From the sequence record PZ154896.1: a stretch of DNA of 64,000 bases, one strand, 5' to 3'. The notes under the pieces were generated by a model. The model did no database searches. It had not been told where the DNA came from and worked only from the letters and a program-made list of their open reading frames with translations. Each line of letters opens with the position of its first letter. The stretch's first letter is position 1. This DNA is from a phage. The position numbers and the translations under genes are program-made. Below are positions 1 through 9,559 of the stretch, piece by piece.

Positions 1-177
1 CTTGAATGTTTCATGGTCATACGCAGGCAGAATACATTCATCAATGGAAGAAGGACGATATTTCTGTTCTAGAATGTGTTCTTTAGGATTGATAGTAATC
101 ATGTAATTTTCCTCATTATCATTAAACTGGAGGATTTCTCCTCCATAATCGTATCACAATAAACGTAAAGCTTTGAC

Positions 178-864
178 TTAGAAGTCGTGAGTAGAATCGG
201 CTTCCATCGCAATAACATAACTTACTTGAGAGCTTTCAAACTTGGCTGCAACTTTATCACCAGCTCCCCACAACATTACTTTATAATTACCTGGCTGGAT
301 TTTCATATTAGCCATATTGATTACGAAGTTAAAGTTGTTAGAACCATCATAATCGGTAAGAGTCAAAGAATACTTAGGACGAGTTAGTCCAGAATCTTCA
401 ACTTTATTGTAACCATTGATAACAATTTTACCATCTTTATTTGTAATAGCAATTGTATCAATCTGAAGACCACGTGAAACTCGAAGCAATTGTTGAAGGT
501 CTTCGGCTTTAATTTCAGTAATCACAGAAGCCACTGGGAATTGAATTGGCTTATTAGGAAAAACAATGGTGCTCTTGTCAGCGGCAGGCCAATAAACTGT
601 GGAACGTGTATCTGCAATTTTAATATTGCCATCGGTGTGCATTGAAATTTCGGCATCATCAGACACTAGACTCAAAATGCTTAAGAAGCTATTCAAATCA
701 TAAAGTGCTACGTCAAAATCAATTTCATCAGAGATATTTGCTTCCGCATAAGTGGTGCCATTAACTGCACGAGTCATAATAAATTTACCTTGACTCAGCA
801 GAATGCCGGAGTTAATAGAGGCAAAGTTTTTCAGAATAGCGATAGTATCTTTAGACAGTTTCAT
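178..864 (-). CDS. 45: DNA polymerase sliding clamp (T4 gp45-like)
   Basis: 228 aa with start at MKLSKDT; near-colinear by recall with T4 gp45, including C-terminal ALEADSTHDF-type tail. Confidence 0.9.
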   Translation of the reverse strand: MKLSKDTIAILKNFASINSGILLSQGKFIMTRAVNGTTYAEANISDEIDFDVALYDLNSFLSILSLVSDDAEISMHTDGNIKIADTRSTVYWPAADKSTIVFPNKPIQFPVASVITEIKAEDLQQLLRVSRGLQIDTIAITNKDGKIVINGYNKVEDSGLTRPKYSLTLTDYDGSNNFNFVINMANMKIQPGNYKVMLWGAGDKVAAKFESSQVSYVIAMEADSTHDF

Positions 865-906
865 TTTATTTCCTTTCAAGACAATTCAAAGTTTATAACA
901 AATTTA

Positions 907-1323
907 TTATGCAGCAACCATTTGCTTTTTAATAGCTTCAGGCAGTGATTCAATATATTCTGGAATTTTAGAAGCAACAATTTCGCCAGCTGCAATTAGC
1001 TGTTCGTCGGCATCAACACAGTAGAAATCTTCCAGACGCTCAGAACCATCTTTATCAAGAACGATTTTTCCGCCGGCTTCAATAGAATCTTTATAGTGCT
1101 TACGCATCAGATGAATCCACATATCAGATACATCGTTATCAATAAAACCATAAATCATAAAACGAGTTTCTTGTGGCAAAGATTGGAGTTTTTTAGCACT
1201 TGCGTCATCACAATGCAGGACCCATGCTTTACGAACACGATTATGGTTATGCGGGTTAGCGTCAGTACGGATAGAAGTAACTTTCAGATCAGCAGCAGTG
1301 AAACCTTTAGCAGTAGTAAACAT
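907..1323 (-). CDS. hypothetical protein at the rpbA (45.1) position
   Basis: 138-aa ORF between genes 45 and 46; synteny only. Confidence 0.4.
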   Translation of the reverse strand: MFTTAKGFTAADLKVTSIRTDANPHNHNRVRKAWVLHCDDASAKKLQSLPQETRFMIYGFIDNDVSDMWIHLMRKHYKDSIEAGGKIVLDKDGSERLEDFYCVDADEQLIAAGEIVASKIPEYIESLPEAIKKQMVAA

Positions 1324-1335
1324 ATTATTTCTCTC

Positions 1336-1536
1336 TTATTCGTAGAAGTCGGTAACTGTCCATGCGGAATTGCGATTAGACATTATTTTATTATACTCAT
1401 CTTTAAAAGCAGATTTGAGCATTTGTTCAGTAACAATATGTTCTTCACCTGAAAACGTATTGGTCAAAACATATTTTTTAATTTCAGGGACAACGAGAAG
1501 ATGTTGGCCGGTTGAATACTCCATGTTGTTCTCCAT
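1336..1536 (-). CDS. hypothetical small protein (45.2 position)
   Basis: 66-aa ORF, same strand as and directly upstream of the rpbA-position ORF (gap 12 nt); synteny only. Confidence 0.35.
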   Translation of the reverse strand: MENNMEYSTGQHLLVVPEIKKYVLTNTFSGEEHIVTEQMLKSAFKDEYNKIMSNRNSAWTVTDFYE

Positions 1537-1578
1537 TTAATTTGATGTGGTCATTATAACCACATCGTGTTAAAGCGT

Positions 1579-3267
1579 TTATGAAACAGTCATTACAGTA
1601 AATCGTCCAACTTTGCTCATTTGAAGATGTTGTCCATAAGCTTGTGGGTCATGGTCTCTGTGACTAATTATAAACACGTTTGCATCGGTTAGAGAGTTAA
1701 GAATTGTTGAAATAGCTTTAATACCTTCAGAATCAGTCGCGGAATCCATGACTTCGTCCATAATTAATGTATTGATTCTAACACCAGAGACCTTTTCAGC
1801 AATATCTCGCCATGTAAACAACAATGCGATATCGATACGCGCTTTTTCGCCTTGACTAAATGAAGCATAACTGAACTCTTCACGGCCACGTGATTTTATA
1901 GATTCATTGAATTCTTCATCAATAGAAAACACGTAATCAGCTTCCATGATTTTAAGATAATGGTTAATCTGCTTGTTGAACAGAGGCACATATTTTTTAA
2001 TGATAGCACCTTTAATACCGGAATCTTTTAACATATCTGTGATAATACCACGATGGTATTTTTCAAGAACGATATCTGATTTTGTTTTAATGATTTTATC
2101 AAGTTCTTTTTGAAGCAAAGCTATCTCATCAGCGTGGTCGATAAATTCCGCCGAGGCTTGTTCTATTGCAGCTTTAACTTTCTTAGCTTTATCAATAGTG
2201 GCAATCATTGCTTGTTTCTTGGTACGAATATCAGATGCAAGGTCCTGTTTAGTCTTAACATTAGCTCTATATTCGTCCACTAGGACACTCAGATTATCTC
2301 TGTGGCATGTAAGTTGCTCGAATGAGTGATTACATTCATGAAGCTTATCGGTAATCTTAGTGACAATAGGATCACCCTGGTGCAACTGTGATGCACAAGT
2401 AGGACATGTACCACCATCATGATACATCTTAATAACTTTGTTATACGAGTCAATTTTAGATTTAATCAAGAATGCTTCTTGTCCTATCTTGTTGAATGCC
2501 TCAGTAGGGTCTTCGTCAAGAACGATATTAAGTAGACGCTCATTAGCTTCTTCGATTTCTGCTTTTAATGAACGAGCTTCTTTGGCTAGGTCGTCATACA
2601 TGTTCTGTAGACGCGCTACGTTATCACCAGATAATTTCTTTTGACGTTCGATATTCTCGTTATAAATCTTAATTTGTTGGATAATACCATCTTTCTTGGC
2701 ATCGAGAACTTGACCCTGGGAATTAAGTTCTCGAACTTGAGACTTATTGATTTTATCCATTTCGGCGAGTGTGCCGACTTCTAAAAGGTCTTCGACAAGT
2801 TTTCTACGAGCAGGGGTGCTAAGAGCCATGAAAGGGGTATACCCTGCCGTCCCAAGCACAACGATTTGTTTAAAAGACGCGTATGACATTCCGATGCTAC
2901 GTTCAAATTCTTCTTGGAAGTCACGACTGCTGGCAGATTCATCAAGACGAACACCGTCAACGGAGATTTCGAAAATATTGGGCTTTTGGCCACGTTTAAT
3001 GAAGTATTTTTTACCATCGAATTCCATCCAAAGCTCAACTAAGAGCTCTTTCTTGTTCGTGCTATTAATGATTTGCCCTTTCTTAACATCACGAAATGGT
3101 TTACCGAAAAGTCCGAAAGTAATGGCTTCTAACATCGTAGATTTACCACCACCATTTTTACCTGTGATTAAGGTCTTTTGGACTTTATCTAATTGGATAT
3201 CGATAAAATTTTGCCCAACAGACATTATATTTTTATAACGAACACGATTTAATTTAAATGATTTCAT
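1579..3267 (-). CDS. 46: recombination endonuclease ATPase subunit, SbcC/Rad50-like (gp46)
   Basis: 562 aa; N-terminal Walker A GKNGGGKST, long coiled-coil with CPTC hook, C-terminal LIMDEV Walker B. Confidence 0.9.
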   Translation of the reverse strand: MKSFKLNRVRYKNIMSVGQNFIDIQLDKVQKTLITGKNGGGKSTMLEAITFGLFGKPFRDVKKGQIINSTNKKELLVELWMEFDGKKYFIKRGQKPNIFEISVDGVRLDESASSRDFQEEFERSIGMSYASFKQIVVLGTAGYTPFMALSTPARRKLVEDLLEVGTLAEMDKINKSQVRELNSQGQVLDAKKDGIIQQIKIYNENIERQKKLSGDNVARLQNMYDDLAKEARSLKAEIEEANERLLNIVLDEDPTEAFNKIGQEAFLIKSKIDSYNKVIKMYHDGGTCPTCASQLHQGDPIVTKITDKLHECNHSFEQLTCHRDNLSVLVDEYRANVKTKQDLASDIRTKKQAMIATIDKAKKVKAAIEQASAEFIDHADEIALLQKELDKIIKTKSDIVLEKYHRGIITDMLKDSGIKGAIIKKYVPLFNKQINHYLKIMEADYVFSIDEEFNESIKSRGREEFSYASFSQGEKARIDIALLFTWRDIAEKVSGVRINTLIMDEVMDSATDSEGIKAISTILNSLTDANVFIISHRDHDPQAYGQHLQMSKVGRFTVMTVS

Positions 3268-3518
3268 ATGTATTCTCTTCGAATGAAGTCCTCTACATAT
3301 TTTAACATGTCATCTCTATCAGCAAAATATTCATCTAGTTCTGCGTACATAACAACACCCGGTGCGTACTCACAGGTAACATACATTGTTCCAAAGAAAC
3401 GAGGAGTTGATTCCTCGTAATTCTCAGTCCATTCAACGATACCAATATAACCGTCACCAATACTAAATTCATGACGATGGATTTCGTAATCAGTCTTCGT
3501 CATTATACGCGTCCTCAA
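3264..3518 (-). CDS. hypothetical protein (46.1 position)
   Basis: 84-aa acidic ORF between 46 and 47, overlapping stop/start. Confidence 0.45.
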   Translation of the reverse strand: MRTRIMTKTDYEIHRHEFSIGDGYIGIVEWTENYEESTPRFFGTMYVTCEYAPGVVMYAELDEYFADRDDMLKYVEDFIRREYI

Positions 3519-3747
3519 TACACGCTTCAGCCATTTTAAGAATAGAGCCAGGAGTATCGTCGTCCATTATATTAAAGCTAAATTCAATAGCCCAGTCGGT
3601 GCAGACATGAACTGCTTTAACTTCATTGCCTTCAACGCGTAATGGCTCAATCCAATACTTGATAGTGTTCTCAAATCCATCATCGTCTTTAACGTCCATT
3701 TCAACTTCAAGCCTGAGTCCAGCATTGTTAAATTCATCTAAAGTCAT
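3490..3747 (-). CDS. hypothetical protein (46.2 position)
   Basis: 85-aa acidic ORF between 46 and 47. Confidence 0.45.
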   Translation of the reverse strand: MTLDEFNNAGLRLEVEMDVKDDDGFENTIKYWIEPLRVEGNEVKAVHVCTDWAIEFSFNIMDDDTPGSILKMAEACIEDAYNDED

Positions 3748-4763
3748 TGTGTTGCCTCAATATAAAGTTCGTTGGAATATTTGACCAGCGCTTCTCTGTC
3801 TTCGTCTGAGATATCTGGAATCGCGTCAATATATTCTTTAATGATATCTTGAAGTGATTTAATCTCGATTTCCTGGTCATCATCAGATTCAACACTGTTA
3901 TCAACTTTAGAAACCATACGAAGAGAGTGAACTACTTTTTCAAGTTCAGATTCAAACTTAGTCAACTCTGAATCAATTTCTGATACTATAACACGTAAGG
4001 CTAGATTAGTATAATCAGAATAATTGATTTTGCCTTTAAACGGATAAGTGATTCGTCGATGCCATGTTGTTTCATTAGGAATAAATTCCATACGTTCAAC
4101 ATCAGTGTCAAATACCCAGAATCCGCGCGGGTCGTTCTCATCACCTGCAGTAAGTGTCCATGGTGTCCCAATATATTTAACGTTAGCAGCTTCAGAGATT
4201 GTGTGGAAGTGGCCGGACCAGACTTGTTTATAGGTCTTTAAGAAATCAGGTTCAAGCCCATGAGACTTCATTCCTTTATAGAAATAAAAGCCGTTCAGTT
4301 CCCAGTGACCAACACAATACGCGGCAGAAGAAGTCTTGATGTGCTCTAAGATTTCACCTGTATTTTCTTCACACATCCATGGAACGATATCAATTAGACA
4401 TCCGTCAAAATCTACAGTAGTTGGATGCTCATAAATAGTAAAGTTTTCAAATTGAGTTAACAATTCAGAAACAGTGTTAGGTGTTATTGTATTCTTGAAC
4501 GCCATGTCATGGTTTCCTATCGTGACATGAACGTGAATGCCTGCTTTAGAAATCATATCAACGATTTCACGATTGAATTCCATTGTACGATGTGTTATTG
4601 CTTTACGGACGTCAAACCAATCACCGTACTGAATCCAAGTTTTAATCCCGTGTTTCTTAGAGTATTCAATTGCTTGACGAATACCATCACGTTGAATATC
4701 TTGAACCCATGGGTCGTCTTGTTTGACTCCGATATGGAAGTCGCCTAAGTGCAAAATTTTCAT
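3744..4763 (-). CDS. 47: recombination nuclease subunit, SbcD/Mre11-like phosphoesterase (gp47)
   Basis: 339 aa; N-terminal MKILHLGDFH metallophosphatase motif, GNHD motif; size matches T4 gp47. Confidence 0.9.
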   Translation of the reverse strand: MKILHLGDFHIGVKQDDPWVQDIQRDGIRQAIEYSKKHGIKTWIQYGDWFDVRKAITHRTMEFNREIVDMISKAGIHVHVTIGNHDMAFKNTITPNTVSELLTQFENFTIYEHPTTVDFDGCLIDIVPWMCEENTGEILEHIKTSSAAYCVGHWELNGFYFYKGMKSHGLEPDFLKTYKQVWSGHFHTISEAANVKYIGTPWTLTAGDENDPRGFWVFDTDVERMEFIPNETTWHRRITYPFKGKINYSDYTNLALRVIVSEIDSELTKFESELEKVVHSLRMVSKVDNSVESDDDQEIEIKSLQDIIKEYIDAIPDISDEDREALVKYSNELYIEATQ

Positions 4764-4807
4764 ATTATTTCCTCATTAGTTAATTCATTCTATCATCCGT
4801 TTATAAA

Positions 4808-4835
4808 GCAAAAAAAAGGAACTCCGAAGAGTTCC
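4808..4835 (-). terminator. rho-independent terminator
   Basis: minus-strand hairpin GGAACTC-ttcg-GAGTTCC followed by U9 tract; overlaps stop of the small ORF upstream of gene 47. Confidence 0.6.
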
Positions 4836-4837
4836 TA

Positions 4838-5008
4838 TCCACATAGTACACCGTACAAAGGCTCATTTGAACTTTTAAATCGAATGGGCTTGTATGTAAT
4901 AGTTCCTTCGGCTTTAGCTTTATCATAAGACTCTTTAAAACGTCTCATTCTTTCTGCTTTGCCTTTACGGATTTTATCGAAATTTTCAGAGGTCAGGTCG
5001 TTCGTCAT
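4838..5008 (-). CDS. small hypothetical protein (56 aa), below ORF-track cutoff
   Basis: hand-translated ORF MTNDLTSENFDKIRKG... with SD GAGGTGA 8 nt upstream, ending at the terminator. Confidence 0.3.
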
Positions 5009-5047
5009 GCACAATCACCTCTCAGAAAATACCTAAATCGATTTCTC

Positions 5048-5269
5048 TCATCGTTTCCACCATTTCTTAACTTGAAATGAATCAACCCACACGAGTTGTT
5101 TTGGGTCTGCCTTTACAATAGGTGGACAAATTTCTGTAATAGAACTGTCGTGATATTCCTTTTCAGAGATTTTAACACAAAGAGGACCTCCCAATTTAAG
5201 GGTGAACCCTGCGTTCAGCTTCAGACGTTTAAACTTTGTTTGAACTAGCGCCATTAATGATGTCCTCAA
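5048..5269 (-). CDS. hypothetical protein
   Basis: 73-aa ORF between 47 and 55. Confidence 0.35.
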   Translation of the reverse strand: MRTSLMALVQTKFKRLKLNAGFTLKLGGPLCVKISEKEYHDSSITEICPPIVKADPKQLVWVDSFQVKKWWKR

Positions 5270-5552
5270 TAGCCTGACGAGTAGTAACCCACTGGATTTT
5301 AATTAACTTGTCATTATATGGTTGTCGTAGAATATCCCGAGATTTCTTAATAGCATATTCGTAAGCTTCGAAGTTGTTTTGAATTGCTGCTTCTTGAGCA
5401 TGAGCATAAAGACGGTTTAGTTCAAAACGATTCTTTTTAAGAATCTTTTCGGATTTTTTACGTGCTTCAGCTTCATTTTTCTTTTGGATTTCTTGTAGCA
5501 TTTTAGCTACTGCATCTTCTGCTTCTTTATTTTCAATAATCTCGGTAGTCAT
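5229..5552 (-). CDS. hypothetical coiled-coil protein
   Basis: 107-aa ORF, Lys/Glu-rich helical. Confidence 0.45.
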   Translation of the reverse strand: MTTEIIENKEAEDAVAKMLQEIQKKNEAEARKKSEKILKKNRFELNRLYAHAQEAAIQNNFEAYEYAIKKSRDILRQPYNDKLIKIQWVTTRQAIEDIINGASSNKV

Positions 5553-5553
5553 A

Positions 5554-5763
5554 TTATCTCATTAAATTAAAATAAAAACGTCCATCCTCTTCAATACAGA
5601 ACTCATACTCAACTGGAGTCCCATTTATCGAAAATGACACGTCATGTGGGTTCAAAGGGTCGATGTCAAAATTAATTTTAAATTCACGACCCAACAGTTT
5701 TACCAAATAAGGGATTGCTTCGTCAAAAGGTTCTTCTAAGTAGTTAGAGATGTCAATTGTCAT
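5554..5763 (-). CDS. hypothetical protein
   Basis: ORF shortened to an internal Met to avoid overlap with gene 55 3' end. Confidence 0.3.
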   Translation of the reverse strand: MTIDISNYLEEPFDEAIPYLVKLLGREFKINFDIDPLNPHDVSFSINGTPVEYEFCIEEDGRFYFNLMR

Positions 5764-6310
5764 CCTCATATAAAAAATCCAAACTAGGCGAATCGCTAAC
5801 AACTTCCTTCTTTTCAGCCCCAGGAGCTTTATAAGCGGATTCTTCATAATGCGTCATTTTATCGTAGATGTCTTGAATAAACGTTTCATCTACCAACGCT
5901 ACCATATCATCGTCATGACTGTCGTAGACATTATGAACGAAGTAACTATATTTCTTTGCAACTTCCTTACGTTCTTTTTTGATACGTTGGACAAAAGCAT
6001 TAAAACAAGCTCGAGTTATGTATGCATGTGGGTTATTGTACTTAGTTTCGTCGAAATTATGAAGTCCCTTAATAGAGGCTTCAATCCCATCTGCAATCAT
6101 CTCCTGCTTCCAAGACTGGGTATATCCTGAAAAGTTGAAACGTTTGGACAGGCCTTCGGCGATAAGCATAATTGCTAAACCGATGGTATCATTCTGACGA
6201 ATAATTTTGTTTGGGTCTTTATTATTTAAGAGCTCCTTTTTCCACTCGATTATAGCGGCGAGAAGCTCTTTATTATTCACATAATTATTTTTAGGTTTTT
6301 GTTCAGTCAT
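5753..6310 (-). CDS. 55: late-transcription sigma factor gp55
   Basis: 185 aa, size and recalled sequence match T4 gp55. Confidence 0.88.
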   Translation of the reverse strand: MTEQKPKNNYVNNKELLAAIIEWKKELLNNKDPNKIIRQNDTIGLAIMLIAEGLSKRFNFSGYTQSWKQEMIADGIEASIKGLHNFDETKYNNPHAYITRACFNAFVQRIKKERKEVAKKYSYFVHNVYDSHDDDMVALVDETFIQDIYDKMTHYEESAYKAPGAEKKEVVSDSPSLDFLYEDDN

Positions 6311-6465
6311 AAGTACCTCTTAGCTCAATTCATAGGTCTATTATATCATAATATTTAGAGACCTATCTTAAAGCACGAGATACTATCAAAGATACGTAAC
6401 TTTCATAAAGTTGTCGACTTAAAATTCACCAAACTTTTCTTCGGTTATAGCGATTCAAGATAGTT

Positions 6466-6693
6466 TCATTCTATTTCCTTTGCTGCAAATAAGGCAGCAT
6501 CCAACGAATCAAATTGGTCAACGAAATCAATATTCAACGCATCGTCAACCGTAGCATATAACCACCATTGTTTGAATTCATATTCTAGGATAAATCCAGG
6601 CCCTTCAATCTGAGGAAGACCTAGGCTATTTGTACCAACTTCGTAACCAGCTAGACGCAGGTCATTAATCAAAGTTTCTGTTAATACGCTCAT
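6466..6693 (-). CDS. hypothetical protein
   Basis: 75-aa ORF, 55.x accessory block. Confidence 0.4.
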   Translation of the reverse strand: MSVLTETLINDLRLAGYEVGTNSLGLPQIEGPGFILEYEFKQWWLYATVDDALNIDFVDQFDSLDAALFAAKEIE

Positions 6694-7022
6694 TTTACCG
6701 CCTTAACAATTTTCAGGTCAACGAATTTTTTCTTACGTTGATTTTTCATACGACGGATAGTTTTTTCAGAGATTTCATGTTTCTGATAAGCTTTAGATTC
6801 AACACCAAATGCAGCAACGTCAAATTCAGAAAGAATATATTGTACTAGAATTTCGCGAATAGAATTACGTCCAATTTTCTGGTCGTGTTTTTGCATGATT
6901 TCATAAAGACGGAATTCCCACGCGTCAAGAACTTGAGGAGTAACAATATTGCCGGATTCAAGAAGAGCAACAACTTTATCGAAAGCGAAAGAATTAACTA
7001 CATTTTTGATTTTAGTAGACAT
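6690..7022 (-). CDS. hypothetical protein
   Basis: start at MSTKIKN preceded by GAGGAAAATAAT; promoter cassette upstream. Confidence 0.45.
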   Translation of the reverse strand: MSTKIKNVVNSFAFDKVVALLESGNIVTPQVLDAWEFRLYEIMQKHDQKIGRNSIREILVQYILSEFDVAAFGVESKAYQKHEISEKTIRRMKNQRKKKFVDLKIVKAVK

Positions 7023-7048
7023 ATTATTTTCCTCGGTTGTTTTATTAT

Positions 7049-7093
7049 CCAATGAGAGCATTATACTCTGCTCTCAAGAGTTTGTGCATTATT
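7049..7093 (-). promoter_or_regulatory. early-promoter cassette with inverted repeat around -10 (PeSL-like)
   Basis: rc reads TGCACA-N17-TATAAT with TGAGAGCA/TGCTCTCA inverted repeat flanking -10; near-identical copy at 37682-37722. Confidence 0.5.
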
Positions 7094-7328
7094 TCGTGAT
7101 AAGATAATGTAAATAGTTTGCTTGACGAACACTGATATCAACACCCATATCAAAGATACCTTTATAGAACGGGTATTTGTTTTCAGTAGAATCTAGACTA
7201 AAAGCCTTTCCACCACAACTAACGGTAATAGCATCAGTTAAAGTGTCATATACAAACTTAATAGTTGAACCATTCACTACGACTTCAAGACGTTTTTTCG
7301 ATGTAGTAATGTCTAATTCTTGTTCCAT
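7089..7328 (-). CDS. hypothetical protein
   Basis: 79-aa ORF. Confidence 0.4.
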   Translation of the reverse strand: MEQELDITTSKKRLEVVVNGSTIKFVYDTLTDAITVSCGGKAFSLDSTENKYPFYKGIFDMGVDISVRQANYLHYLITK

Positions 7329-7350
7329 GATATTTTCCTCATTTTAAGAT

Positions 7351-7390
7351 GATAGGAAGATAATAACATGTCTTCCTATCGTTGTACATT
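7351..7390 (-). promoter_or_regulatory. PeSL-like early promoter plus stem-loop cassette
   Basis: rc: TGTACA -35-like, perfect 10-bp inverted repeat GATAGGAAGA/TCTTCCTATC around a TTATTAT -10-like element. Confidence 0.5.
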
Positions 7391-7391
7391 A

Positions 7392-7604
7392 TTAACCGAA
7401 CTTTTTAGCGCCTTTCCAGCCTTCGTACATAACTGCACAAGTCAGTAGTACAGCGTGCTGGCATTCTTTGTATTTGTAAATCCAGAACCAACGTAAAAAG
7501 TCTTCATCATCAACACCGTTGAGTTTCATATTGGCAAAGAATTCGGCACGTTCTTCACGAAGTTGCCATGACACAATATTTTCAGGATTCATTTTGTGTT
7601 CCAC
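7392..7604 (-). CDS. hypothetical protein
   Basis: 70-aa ORF. Confidence 0.4.
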   Translation of the reverse strand: MEHKMNPENIVSWQLREERAEFFANMKLNGVDDEDFLRWFWIYKYKECQHAVLLTCAVMYEGWKGAKKFG

Positions 7605-7723
7605 GCCCCATTTTCATCGATGAACTTAATCCAGTCATTTACAGACCATTTAGTTGTATCACCCTTTGGATTAGCATTTAAAGTATATAATCCCTGCTTA
7701 AAAAGCATTCGTTTGATATTCAT
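7589..7723 (-). CDS. hypothetical small protein
   Basis: ORF trimmed to an internal Met; low confidence. Confidence 0.25.
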   Translation of the reverse strand: MNIKRMLFKQGLYTLNANPKGDTTKWSVNDWIKFIDENGAWNTK

Positions 7724-7730
7724 AATTTCC

Positions 7731-8051
7731 TCAACTGTAACGATAACATTCGTTAGCTTTACGTTTGGCTTCAGTATGAGAAGTATTATAATCATAATCT
7801 TCTTTACTGTAAACATCTTTTTTCAACTTACGAACTTCTTTGCGAAGTTGTCGATTCATTTCATTCTTGACTTCAGAATCAACGCCTTTCATACGTTTCC
7901 ATTTATCTGAGCGGAAAATGTTTTCAACCATGTCTTTGTGGCTAACACCGTCAGGAGCTTTACGTTTACCAAAATAGTCGTAATCACGAACTTTCAAATC
8001 TTTACGACGATACGTTTTACCCATAAGTACCTCAGAGGTTGATTGATACAA
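7731..8051 (-). CDS. hypothetical basic protein
   Basis: 106-aa Lys/Arg-rich ORF. Confidence 0.45.
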   Translation of the reverse strand: MYQSTSEVLMGKTYRRKDLKVRDYDYFGKRKAPDGVSHKDMVENIFRSDKWKRMKGVDSEVKNEMNRQLRKEVRKLKKDVYSKEDYDYNTSHTEAKRKANECYRYS

Positions 8052-8280
8052 TGCGTTTGATAAAATTCACTTCACTTACTGAAAGGTCTTTAAGACCGAT
8101 TGATTCTAAACGCTGAGTAAGCGTCAACATTGGGATATAGTCCCAGTGTGTTTTAGACGTTTGATAAGTATGGACGCCATTAGCAATTTCAACATGCAAA
8201 TCGGAAATGGTAACGAATACTGGACGCTCATCATTAACTTTAAGGGTTAGAACAACTTTCTTTGAATCTAAACTAATCAT
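8032..8280 (-). CDS. hypothetical protein
   Basis: 82-aa ORF. Confidence 0.4.
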   Translation of the reverse strand: MISLDSKKVVLTLKVNDERPVFVTISDLHVEIANGVHTYQTSKTHWDYIPMLTLTQRLESIGLKDLSVSEVNFIKRIVSINL

Positions 8281-8459
8281 GGCTTAATTTCCTTCGCAAT
8301 TGAACAGAAGATACCGCGGTCACAAAGCGTTTCACCAATTTCTGGATATTTGATTGAACGGTACCAAACATCCAGGCTTGAAACTCTGGTTATCTGTACT
8401 GCATTACCATTGACAGAATAGTACTGGTCGACCTTAATTTCTTTATCTTCAATTGTCAT
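8277..8459 (-). CDS. hypothetical protein
   Basis: ORF trimmed to the Met downstream of the promoter cassette at 8469-8518. Confidence 0.35.
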   Translation of the reverse strand: MTIEDKEIKVDQYYSVNGNAVQITRVSSLDVWYRSIKYPEIGETLCDRGIFCSIAKEIKP

Positions 8460-8468
8460 TTTATTTTC

Positions 8469-8518
8469 CTCTATAGTAGATGGTTTAATCTTAACACATC
8501 TATTGAGGATGTAAACTG
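8469..8518 (-). promoter_or_regulatory. PeSL-like early promoter cassette
   Basis: rc: GTTTAC, inverted repeat, TATAGA -10-like, then GGAAAATAAA-ATG. Confidence 0.5.
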
Positions 8519-8597
8519 TTTTATGAAAATATTTTCGATTTGAGAGGGGCACAAGGAGATAGTGAAGTGAAGATTCCAATGGATTATATTAGAAATG

Positions 8598-8626
8598 AGA
8601 TAAAGAAGACCAGGCGGCACCTGGTC
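8598..8626 (-). terminator. terminator-like hairpin at the nrdH 3' end
   Basis: 7-bp stem GACCAGG/CCTGGTC with U-rich 3' flank on the minus strand. Confidence 0.4.
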
Positions 8627-8948
8627 AATCTTCTATGATATCAGAGTCATATCCTAATGAAATCAAGGACTTTTTAAACTCTGCAATATTCTTTTGTTTC
8701 TTATCATTTAAAAATATGACAGGATAACGAATATTAAGTGAAGTGAATCCTGCACGTTTAGCAAGAGATACGATTAAAGGACGGTCATATTCAATCTTAC
8801 CATTATTAGTGAGGACTTTATAAAATGTATAAGGAGCATTGAGCTCCTTTAAAAGTTTTGTAACAGTATAACATCCCGGACAACGTCCTACTTCTTCAGG
8901 GATGCCATAAATTTCAATCTTGTTCTTTAAGTTCGAGTTTTGTTCCAC
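8625..8948 (-). CDS. nrdH: glutaredoxin-like protein (NrdH-like)
   Basis: CPGC redox motif; no in-frame ATG, so start assigned to GTG with AAGGA upstream; position just downstream of nrdG as in T4. Confidence 0.55.
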   Translation of the reverse strand: MEQNSNLKNKIEIYGIPEEVGRCPGCYTVTKLLKELNAPYTFYKVLTNNGKIEYDRPLIVSLAKRAGFTSLNIRYPVIFLNDKKQKNIAEFKKSLISLGYDSDIIED

Positions 8949-9231
8949 GAGAAATAATTCCTTGGTAAGCCCAATAAGGAGGATTAACAGAATCCTCACC
9001 AGAGTTTTCTTCAGGAAAATAAACCTGGATAACAAATCCGGATGCATCAAAGGTAAAATAAACCGTAGGTAATTCACCTAACAATTCGGCATGAGCATTA
9101 ATTTCTTCGAGATCTCGTTCACGCCCAGCCCAAAAACTAGGATTTAGACTACATTCATAGAAATAATAGTCATTACCGAACATATCAAAACCTTTCCAAC
9201 TCTCTACCACATACTGCTCAAAACTAATCAT
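8914..9231 (-). CDS. hypothetical acidic protein
   Basis: 105-aa ORF overlapping the nrdH-like start by about 35 nt. Confidence 0.45.
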   Translation of the reverse strand: MISFEQYVVESWKGFDMFGNDYYFYECSLNPSFWAGRERDLEEINAHAELLGELPTVYFTFDASGFVIQVYFPEENSGEDSVNPPYWAYQGIISRGTKLELKEQD

Positions 9232-9233
9232 AA

Positions 9234-9449
9234 TTAAGCCTTTTTATCAAGAACAGAATTCAGTTTATTAGTAATTTTGTCCAAACGTTCATTGAATTCG
9301 CTGGAGGATAAACCCTTTTCCGGAGAAATTAAACTAATCAAGAAAAATACAACAGTAAAAGGAATAAGAAAAATAGCTCCAACTGCCATAAACAGAAAGA
9401 ATGTTACAGTTGTAAGAAAATCAGCTAAACCTTTACGAAATTTATACAT
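9234..9449 (-). CDS. small membrane protein
   Basis: 71 aa with hydrophobic N-terminal segment. Confidence 0.45.
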   Translation of the reverse strand: MYKFRKGLADFLTTVTFFLFMAVGAIFLIPFTVVFFLISLISPEKGLSSSEFNERLDKITNKLNSVLDKKA

Positions 9450-9559
9450 ATTTACCCTTAATTAACTAAGCATTGATAAGCACTAAACTATATTGCGAAT
9501 AAAATTCTGGACCAAAACGAAAAATCATGTCATTTATAGTATCCATAATGTAATTCAAT

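Noticed and set aside
2747-3238. 163-aa plus-strand ORF inside gene 46, one of many plus-strand ORFs (also 187-387, 1096-1452, 7596-7910, 19018-19374, 27308-27649, 30786-31130, 31286-31627, 37083-37526, 38207-38716, 39071-39439) antisense to minus-strand genes
   Set aside because: All lie antisense within well-supported minus-strand genes, have low-complexity S/L/F-rich translations and no RBS; judged shadow ORFs.
6311-6465. Promoter cassette upstream of gene 55
   Set aside because: Contains a TATAAT flanked by ATAGGTCT/AGACCTAT inverted repeat but no recognisable -35 or MotA box; too incomplete to call.
8625-9077. 150-aa version of the glutaredoxin ORF
   Set aside because: The first 43 codons overlap the upstream gene out of frame and translate to hydrophobic junk; a GTG start at 8948 is more plausible.
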